Positions 34,771-41,196 of a stretch of 41,196 bases of DNA are shown here, in pieces. The stretch is from the NCBI GenBank assembly GCA_011371455.1, contig DRQN01000164.1, positions 1-41,196 on the forward strand. Direction: 5' to 3'. The position numbers and the translations under genes are program-made. The notes below the pieces were generated by a model, which was not told the DNA's origin, ran no database searches, and worked only from the letters and a program-made list of their open reading frames with translations. Position 1 is the first letter of the stretch. Every line of letters starts with the position of its first letter. Source of the DNA: Gammaproteobacteria bacterium. Its GTDB lineage: Bacteria > Pseudomonadota > Gammaproteobacteria > SZUA-152.

Positions 34771-37551
34771 TCAGGGCGTTGCCAGCAATTCATGGATCGT
34801 CGCCAGCATCGGGCCACGGTCGTAGGGTTTGTTGACGAAGCTGCGAATGCCCACCGCCGCGGCCACCTCCTCATCGATCTGCTCGCTGTAGCCGCTGCAG
34901 AGGATGACCGGCAGCTCCGGTCGCAGTTCAAGGATTTCCGCGGCCAGCTCCACGCCGGTCATGGCCGGCATGGTCTGATCGGTGATCATCAGATCCACCT
35001 GCTGCGGATTCTGGCGAAAATAGGCCAGCGCCTGGCGGCTGTCGTCAAAGGTCTGTATTTCATAGCCCGCACGTGAAAGCCAGGCGCGCATGAAACCGAG
35101 AATGGCCTTTTCATCGTCCACGATCAGTATGCGCTGTCCCCCTCCCTCCAGCACCGGCGCGTCCACGGCGGGGGGCGCCGCCGAGTGGGGTTCCTCCGCA
35201 CCCATGACCGGCTCGAACAAAAGGCGAAAACACGTTCCCTTGCCAAGCGTCGAATCGACGCGGATATGGCCGTGGGCATCATGCATGATGCCATGCACCA
35301 TGGATAACCCCAGGCCGGTGCCGTTACCCACTTCCTTGGTGGTGAAAAAGGGTTCAAACAAATGCGCAAGGACGTGGCGATCCATGCCCTGCCCGGTATC
35401 GCGCACCAGCAGCTCGACGTAGTCACCATTGATGGATTCATGGCAGGAGGCGCACTCACCCTCCCGGTGATGACGCAGAGCCAGTTCCACCACCAGTTCC
35501 CCCTTGCCCTGCATGGCGTCACGGGCATTGATGCAGATGTTCATCACCAACTGTTGCAACTGCACGGGCTCGGCGCGGATCTGGGGAAGATCATCGGCAG
35601 GGCGGTCAAACCTCAAGTGGATGCTCGCCGGCAGAGTGGCGGTAAGCATTTTCACGGTTTCCTTGATCAACGGTACCGGGTCGAGCGGTCGGGCCCTGCT
35701 GCTGCCGCTACGGCTGAAGGCCAGCATCTGCTGGATCAGATCCCGCGCCCGCTCACCGGCGCGATACACCTGGCCCAGGTATTCTTCCAGCTTTTCCTGG
35801 CCGTCGCCGACACAGCGGGTCATGGCCAGGTCCGTGTAACCGATGATGCTGGCCAGGATGTTATTGAAGTCATGGGCGATGCCCGCGGTCAACTGGCCAA
35901 CCGCTTCCATCTTCTGCGCCTGCTGCATGCGTTCTTCCATGCGGCGACGCTCGTCCTGCACGTTGCGATGCTCGGTGACATCCTGCAGGTAGACCGACAT
36001 ACCCGCCGGCGATGGATAAACATGCACCGAAAACCAGCGTGACAGCGGCGGATAAAAACCTTCCGTGCGCACCAGCGACTGGCTCTTCATGGCCCGGTGC
36101 AGCGGCTTGAACAGAAAACTCGCCATCTCCGGCAGGGCATCCCAGATGACCTCGCCCCGAACATCATCCCATGAGGTGCCGAACATGGCGCTGGCGGTCT
36201 GGTTCAGGTAGGTAATGCGCCAATCGGCGGCGAGAGAGAAGAAGCCATCGCTGATGCGGTTGAGCATTTCGAACAATTCGTCGTTGCGCGCCGCCAGAGC
36301 TGTTTCTGCGGCCATGCGCTGCAGCTCCAGTGCTGCGCGCTCGGCCGCCACGCGCAACAGGGCGCGGTCCGTGGAGGACTCCACACAGGGCCGGTCATTG
36401 ATGGTAAACAGGACACCGATTCCCTTGTCATTGACATCCAGCAGGCGCTCGCCGCGATAGCACACGGCATCGATATTGCGCAGCATGGCATCATCAGGGT
36501 AAAGCTCGGCGACCCGATCCGGCACGATCAGTGAAACCCGCTCATGACACACCTCCGCGCAAGGCGTACCGGCCAGGTCATAGCTGAAAGTCTCGCCCTC
36601 GTGGTCCGTATCCCAGAAGCCCAGTACCTCGACGCGCTGGCCGTCATCGCTGAGCCGTCCAACGCCCGTCCAGCGGTAACCCAGCGCCTGCGACACAGAG
36701 CGCGATATATCATGAAAGACATGACGGGAAGAGGCCGCCACGGTCAGTGCTTCCAGCGCCGTATTGATCCGCAGCCGCTCACTGATATCACGCACGATGG
36801 CGATGCACTGGCCCCGGCCCGGACCTTCCGGAAAATACTGCAGGAAGATTTCCACCGGTATGCGTTTGCCGGACTTGGCCACGTGAGTGGCCTCCAGGGT
36901 CAGGTGGTCCTGGCTGCCCTCGACCAGCGGGGCGATGAGGTCACGAAAACCGGCCTCGTCGAATTCGGGTTTGATGTCCAGTGGCGTCATCGCCAGCAAC
37001 TCGGGTTCCGTGTAGCCCACCTGCTCCACCGCGCCCAGATTGACGTAGGTGAATTTGAGCGTCTGCGCATCGAACAGAAAGACGGAATCCAGGGTCTGGT
37101 CGAGGATGTGCTTGAAGTGCGCCAGCCCCTTTTGTGCGCGAATGCGCTCACTGACATTGGTGCGGATGGAAATATACTGCTCGGGTTTACCGCGCTCGTC
37201 GAGCAGCGGCATGATGGTGGTCTGCACCCAGTAGGGGGTGCCGTCCTTGGCGCGGTTTTCGATCATCCCCTGCCACACGGCGCCACTGGCGATGGTGCGC
37301 CACATGTCGCGGAAAAAGGCATCGCCATGGGCGGCCGATTTCACGATGCGATGATTCTGCCCCAGCAGCTCTTCCCTGCGATAGCCCGAGACCTCGCAGA
37401 ATTTGTCATTGACGTAGGTAATCGTTCCGCTGACGTCGCTGATGGAAACGATGGCGTGTGCGTCCAGCACCGCCTGCAGGCCCTGCAGCTGGGTGATCGA
37501 CAGGGCCTTTTTTTCACGCCGGATGGCTGGATCACTACCTGGCGCCATCAT
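34771..37551 (-). CDS. Hybrid sensor histidine kinase (multiple PAS/GAF-like modules, HisKA, HATPase and receiver)
   Basis: 926 aa with PAS S-boxes (ISDVSGTITYVNDKF...), an H-box (AGIAHDFNNILASI), HATPase motifs (DTGQGMD, GTGLGLS) and a C-terminal receiver (ILIVDDEKAI...ITDQTMPAMTG). Confidence 0.88.
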   Translation of the reverse strand: MMAPGSDPAIRREKKALSITQLQGLQAVLDAHAIVSISDVSGTITYVNDKFCEVSGYRREELLGQNHRIVKSAAHGDAFFRDMWRTIASGAVWQGMIENRAKDGTPYWVQTTIMPLLDERGKPEQYISIRTNVSERIRAQKGLAHFKHILDQTLDSVFLFDAQTLKFTYVNLGAVEQVGYTEPELLAMTPLDIKPEFDEAGFRDLIAPLVEGSQDHLTLEATHVAKSGKRIPVEIFLQYFPEGPGRGQCIAIVRDISERLRINTALEALTVAASSRHVFHDISRSVSQALGYRWTGVGRLSDDGQRVEVLGFWDTDHEGETFSYDLAGTPCAEVCHERVSLIVPDRVAELYPDDAMLRNIDAVCYRGERLLDVNDKGIGVLFTINDRPCVESSTDRALLRVAAERAALELQRMAAETALAARNDELFEMLNRISDGFFSLAADWRITYLNQTASAMFGTSWDDVRGEVIWDALPEMASFLFKPLHRAMKSQSLVRTEGFYPPLSRWFSVHVYPSPAGMSVYLQDVTEHRNVQDERRRMEERMQQAQKMEAVGQLTAGIAHDFNNILASIIGYTDLAMTRCVGDGQEKLEEYLGQVYRAGERARDLIQQMLAFSRSGSSRARPLDPVPLIKETVKMLTATLPASIHLRFDRPADDLPQIRAEPVQLQQLVMNICINARDAMQGKGELVVELALRHHREGECASCHESINGDYVELLVRDTGQGMDRHVLAHLFEPFFTTKEVGNGTGLGLSMVHGIMHDAHGHIRVDSTLGKGTCFRLLFEPVMGAEEPHSAAPPAVDAPVLEGGGQRILIVDDEKAILGFMRAWLSRAGYEIQTFDDSRQALAYFRQNPQQVDLMITDQTMPAMTGVELAAEILELRPELPVILCSGYSEQIDEEVAAAVGIRSFVNKPYDRGPMLATIHELLATP

Positions 37552-38611
37552 CGCTCCAGGTCAGGGCGCCGGTGCGCAGGATATTTTCAAAGATTTCCGT
37601 GCCCATGTCGGCCCCGGCCGAGGCCGGCATGCGCAAGTCCTCGGGGCGGTTTTGCAGGATGTCGCGGAAGACGTCCATCAGCTCGGGATCCCGCCAGCCC
37701 TTCGCCGTCTCTTCCTCCAGAATGGCAAGAATCTTTTCATCGGAGAAGGCCTTCTTGTAGGGCCGCTCATTACCCAGGGCATCGTAGATGTCGGCAAACT
37801 GGAAGATGCGCGCCAGCAGTGGAATCTGCTCACCCTTGAGGCCGTCCGGATAGCCGCCGCCATCCCAGCGCTCATGATGGCTGCGCACCACCGGCAGGGT
37901 CAGCTCCATACTCTTCAGGCCCTGCAGCAGCTCGGCGCCGATGATGGTGTGCTGACGCATGATCACCCATTCCTCGTCGGACAGCGGGCCGTTCTTGAGC
38001 AGGATGCTGTCGGGAATGCCGAGCTTGCCGATGTCGTGCAACACGCCGCCGCGCCGCAGCGCGGTCAGCTCTTCCTTGCCCAGCCCCAGCGCCTCGCCGA
38101 TCACCACCGAGGTATGCGCCAGGCGGGAACAGTGGTCGCCGGTATGCTCGTCACGCGCCTCCACCATGCGCGCGAGGGCGAACAGCAGGGTCTCGGCATC
38201 CTCCAGCTGGTCGGTGAGGCGCTTGTAGCCGGCAAAGTTCTCGGTGCGGGCGATCAGCTCCAGCGGATTGTAGGGTTTGCGAATGAAGTCGTTGGCACCG
38301 GCATGCATGCTCTTCAGCAGTTCCTCGCGGGCATTGGTGCCGGTCACCATGATCACCGGCAGCAGGTCCAGCCCCAGCTCGCCACGAATGCGCCGGCACA
38401 ACTCATCGCCATCCATGCCCGGCATGCGCTTGTCCAGCAGCACCACGTCGAACTCCTGCTCACGCAACCGAACCAGGGCCTCATCGCCATTACAGGCCTC
38501 GCTGACAAGATACCGGGGGCCGTCCAGCACCTCCTTCTCCAGGGTGCGATGTATCTCCTCGTCATCGACCAGTAGCACCCGAAAGGGTTTTTGATTGTCG
38601 GACTGCTTCAC
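37535..38611 (-). CDS. Response regulator with an HD-GYP domain (RpfG-type c-di-GMP phosphodiesterase)
   Basis: 358 aa counted from the GTG at 38611, which has a GAGG RBS 4 nt upstream. It has a receiver (RVLLVDDEEI, VLLDKRMPGMDG) and an HD-GYP domain (HDIGKLGIP...HHERWDGGGYPDGL). Its stop overlaps the start of the downstream kinase by 17 nt. Confidence 0.85.
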   Translation of the reverse strand: MKQSDNQKPFRVLLVDDEEIHRTLEKEVLDGPRYLVSEACNGDEALVRLREQEFDVVLLDKRMPGMDGDELCRRIRGELGLDLLPVIMVTGTNAREELLKSMHAGANDFIRKPYNPLELIARTENFAGYKRLTDQLEDAETLLFALARMVEARDEHTGDHCSRLAHTSVVIGEALGLGKEELTALRRGGVLHDIGKLGIPDSILLKNGPLSDEEWVIMRQHTIIGAELLQGLKSMELTLPVVRSHHERWDGGGYPDGLKGEQIPLLARIFQFADIYDALGNERPYKKAFSDEKILAILEEETAKGWRDPELMDVFRDILQNRPEDLRMPASAGADMGTEIFENILRTGALTWSDDGAR

Positions 38612-38717
38612 GGTACCTCGGTAATCTCTCAATTGCGTCTTCTGCACGGGGCATCGACATGGACTATCGACACCCGGCAAAAATTCTTGATGAAAAACGA
38701 GGTTGTGCGATGCCAGT

Positions 38718-39611
38718 TCAGGCCCGCGGCAGGCGGCTATACAGCGCCTCGTCCTGTGCCGTGGCGCCACGCCGTTCACACAGGGCCGAGGCGAAGGCGA
38801 TGGCCTGATCCAGCATCTGCTGCGGTGACAGGCCCCGCATCAGCCCGGCGATGAGCACGGCGGAGAAACCGTCGCCGGCGCCCACCGTATCCACCAGACG
38901 GGACGTCGGCACCGTCTCGCCGTCAATGATGCCCTCGGGCAGCACCATGAAGGCCCCCTGCGCACCACGGGTGACCACCAGCATTTCCAACTCGCACTGC
39001 ACGAACAGCTCACGCGCCGCCTGCTGCTGCGCCGCCAGGCTGTCGAACCGGCCGTGCATGGCGCTGTTGAGCTCATCGCTGTTGAGTTTTACCCAGGTGG
39101 CGCGGCGCAGCAGGGACACGGTGTCGGCCGGGTTCCACCACGGGTCACGGATATTGAGATCGAGAAACAGGGGCAGGTCGCTCTCCGCCTGCAGGCGCTG
39201 CAGGGCCGCCCGCGAGACGGCATTACGCAGGATCAGGCTGCCGTGGTAGAGCAGCCCGCCCCGGGTCTGCCGCAACGCCGCCAGGGCCTCGTCGGCATCG
39301 ATGGCGTCATAGGCCTGATCGGGCAAAATATGATAGTGGGGCTCGCCCGCCCTGACCTGCACCGCCACCACCCCGGTGGGCTTTTCCGCATCCACCTGCA
39401 CCGCCTCCACCGGCAACCCCCACTCCCGCATCAGGCGCAGCACCACCCCGCCGCGTTCATCGCTGCCGACGCGGGAGATCAGCAGCGGCGTCACGCCCAG
39501 CCCCTGCAGATGCCAGGCGACATTGAACGGCGCGCCGCCGAGGACGATGTTGCCGTCGGCGAAACAGTCGAACAACACCTCGCCGAAGAGAATGGGCTGG
39601 CCTTCGATCAT
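38718..39611 (-). CDS. PfkB-family carbohydrate kinase (fructokinase-like)
   Basis: 297 aa counted from the internal ATG, which has a GGAAGGAG RBS. Motifs are GGAPFNVAWHLQGLG and DTVGAGDGFSAVLIAGL. The longer ORF-track N-terminus overlaps the upstream gene and a degenerate REP. Confidence 0.8.
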   Translation of the reverse strand: MIEGQPILFGEVLFDCFADGNIVLGGAPFNVAWHLQGLGVTPLLISRVGSDERGGVVLRLMREWGLPVEAVQVDAEKPTGVVAVQVRAGEPHYHILPDQAYDAIDADEALAALRQTRGGLLYHGSLILRNAVSRAALQRLQAESDLPLFLDLNIRDPWWNPADTVSLLRRATWVKLNSDELNSAMHGRFDSLAAQQQAARELFVQCELEMLVVTRGAQGAFMVLPEGIIDGETVPTSRLVDTVGAGDGFSAVLIAGLMRGLSPQQMLDQAIAFASALCERRGATAQDEALYSRLPRA

Positions 39612-39675
39612 GATGTGCGAAACTCCTTCCAGGGGGGTCACGGTGAAAAGCAATGCCCAACGACCAGTGGACAGA

Positions 39676-40209
39676 TCATCCCGAATCCGTGGGTTTGGAA
39701 TCCGGTGCCGACTCGGGCAACACGCCCTCGGTGATCCACACCCGCGTCCCCACCGGCGCCAGGCCGAACAGCTCGACGACATCGCGGTTGCGCATCTTCA
39801 CACAGCCATGGGAACCGGGCCGGCCCAGCACGTCGTCGTCGGGACAGCCATGAATATAGACATAGCGGCGCTGGGTATCCACCGCGCCGAGGCGGTTGCG
39901 CCCCGGCTCCAGGCCGCACAGCCAGAGAATGCGGGTGAGAATCCAGTCTCGTTGGGGATGCCGGGCGCGCAGCGCCGGGGTATAGATCTCGCCGCTGGGG
40001 CGGCGGCCGACGAACACCGCGCCGAGCGGCGCGCCCTCACCGATCCTGGCGCGGATGCGGTGCCAGCCGCGCGGCGTACACTCACTGCCCTGCCGTTCGC
40101 CGGGGCCGTTGGCCGCCGTGGACACCGCCACATCCATCAACACACGCCCGCCCTCGCGCAACTGCAGGCGCTGTTCGGCAATGCTGACCAGGATCACTCT
40201 TTCCGCCAT
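39676..40209 (-). CDS. L,D-transpeptidase (YkuD domain)
   Basis: 177 aa with the catalytic motif IHGCP...GRPGSHGCVKMRN. Confidence 0.8.
   Translation of the reverse strand: MAERVILVSIAEQRLQLREGGRVLMDVAVSTAANGPGERQGSECTPRGWHRIRARIGEGAPLGAVFVGRRPSGEIYTPALRARHPQRDWILTRILWLCGLEPGRNRLGAVDTQRRYVYIHGCPDDDVLGRPGSHGCVKMRNRDVVELFGLAPVGTRVWITEGVLPESAPDSKPTDSG
39680..39698. repeat. Degenerate REP-like copy (CCCGAATCCGTGGGTTTGG)
   Basis: About 16/19 identity to the REP core. It overlaps the last codons of the L,D-transpeptidase gene. Confidence 0.5.
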
Positions 40210-40230
40210 GTGTGCAGCAACCTTGATTTA

Positions 40231-40338
40231 TTTGCCACAGAGGCACAGAGGCACAGAGCACACAGAGGAAAATATTGTGGTTTACTCTGACCTGAATCCG
40301 TGGGTTCAGGCCTGAGTTCTCTGTGCCTCTGTGGCAAA
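40231..40338. repeat. 108-bp inverted-repeat element, family 'TTTGCCACAGAG', copy 2, with a nested REP palindrome (40291-40310)
   Basis: Perfect 20-bp arms: TTTGCCACAGAGGCACAGAG (40231-40250) and CTCTGTGCCTCTGTGGCAAA (40319-40338). An exact CCTGAATCCGTGGGTTCAGG lies between them. Confidence 0.75.
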
Positions 40339-40351
40339 CATAACAAATCCA

Positions 40352-41196
40352 TCACTTCCGCCGCACCGATATCAACCCGTCATAGTTGCCATCCAGGCTC
40401 AGGGCATAGCCCTCGATGCCCTCGCGCGCGGCGTATACGTGGTCTTCATACCACAGCGGCACATAGGGCAACAATTCCAGCAGGCGCGCCTGCAGCTCGC
40501 GGTACAGCGCCGCCTGCTCGTCCAGCGTCGGCGCCGCGGCCGCCTGTTCGATCAGGGCGTCGCTGCGCGCATCGCTGAAGCGCCCACGGTTGGCGCCGTT
40601 GGGCGGCACTGCGTCGCGGTGAAACACATAACGAAAGATGTCCGGCGTCTTGATGCCCACCCAGGACAGGCTGTACATCTGGAAATTGCCGGCCTTGATG
40701 TCGCCGTAAAAGGTGCCCCAGTCGTAGCTGCGCAGATCGACTTCGATGCCCACCTCGCGCAACTGGCTCTGCAACACCGTGGCCAGGCGCACGCGGAAGG
40801 GGTCGGTGGAGGTCTTGTAACTCAGGCGCAGGGGATGCGCCGCACTGAAGCCGGCCTCGCGCAGCGCCGCGCGCGCGGCCTCGGGGTCGTAGGCGATCAG
40901 CGGCAGCTCGGGATTGCCGGCCCAGTGGTCCGGCGGCAGCAGGGCGCTGGCCAGCCGCGCCGCGCCACCCATCACGTAGCGCACGATGGCCTCGCGGTCG
41001 ATGGCCTGCGCGATGGCGCGGCGCACCGCGGGGTCACTCAGCCGCGGGTCGTCGAGATTGAAGCCCAGGTAGGTGAAATTGGAGCCGCGCGCGCGCTGCA
41101 CGCTGACGCCCGGCTTGTCCCGCAGGTAGTTCACCAGCTCCGGCGACAGGTCGTTCTGCAGCAGATCGACCTCGCCACGCAGCAGCTTCAGCACCC
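40352..41196 (-). CDS. ABC transporter substrate-binding protein, family 5 (peptide/nickel type). The N-terminal part lies beyond the right edge.
   Basis: The C-terminal ~280 aa have SBP_bac_5-like blocks (FTYLGFNL, YKTSTDPFR, DIKAGNFQMYSLSW, PYVPLWYE). The reading frame stays open to the window end. Confidence 0.8.
   Translation of the reverse strand, partial: VLKLLRGEVDLLQNDLSPELVNYLRDKPGVSVQRARGSNFTYLGFNLDDPRLSDPAVRRAIAQAIDREAIVRYVMGGAARLASALLPPDHWAGNPELPLIAYDPEAARAALREAGFSAAHPLRLSYKTSTDPFRVRLATVLQSQLREVGIEVDLRSYDWGTFYGDIKAGNFQMYSLSWVGIKTPDIFRYVFHRDAVPPNGANRGRFSDARSDALIEQAAAAPTLDEQAALYRELQARLLELLPYVPLWYEDHVYAAREGIEGYALSLDGNYDGLISVRRK

Overview
This 41.2-kb window is GC-rich (about 60-65% by eye) and looks gammaproteobacterial. 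It carries a Pseudomonas/Vibrio-style polar-flagellum locus, almost entirely on the minus strand. All calls rest on motifs I recognise in the supplied translations; no search was run.

Gene content, reading right to left:
- A GGDEF-EAL sensor, then fliJ and fliK.
- A roughly 12.8-kb insertion.
- fliLMNOPQR-flhB-flhA-flhF-fleN-fliA-cheY-cheZ-cheA. This last cheA runs off the left edge and is missing from the ORF track.
- The right third holds housekeeping genes (rluE, mnmA, hflD), a hybrid histidine kinase with an HD-GYP response regulator, a PfkB kinase, an L,D-transpeptidase and a partial ABC substrate-binding protein.

The most interesting part is the insertion between fliK and fliL. It contains a di-haem cytochrome c peroxidase, a 397-bp heptanucleotide microsatellite, and a second complete chemosensory operon. 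That operon has the P. aeruginosa Che2/Aer2 gene order (cheY-cheA-cheW-MCP-cheR-cheD-cheB) with these additions:
- a STAS protein at each end;
- a low-GC bacteriohemerythrin gene between cheY and cheA;
- a ParA-like ATPase between cheW and the receptor;
- a soluble receptor built as basic N-terminal peptide, Vitreoscilla-type globin, two PAS domains, HAMP and MA domain, ending in an EWEEF pentapeptide.

A near-consensus sigma-28 promoter precedes this operon. Near-consensus sigma-54 promoters precede fliK and fliL.

Three small repeat families are also present: a 285-bp MITE at the cheA/cheW junction, a 'TTTGCCACAGAG' inverted-repeat element, and a 20-bp palindromic REP.
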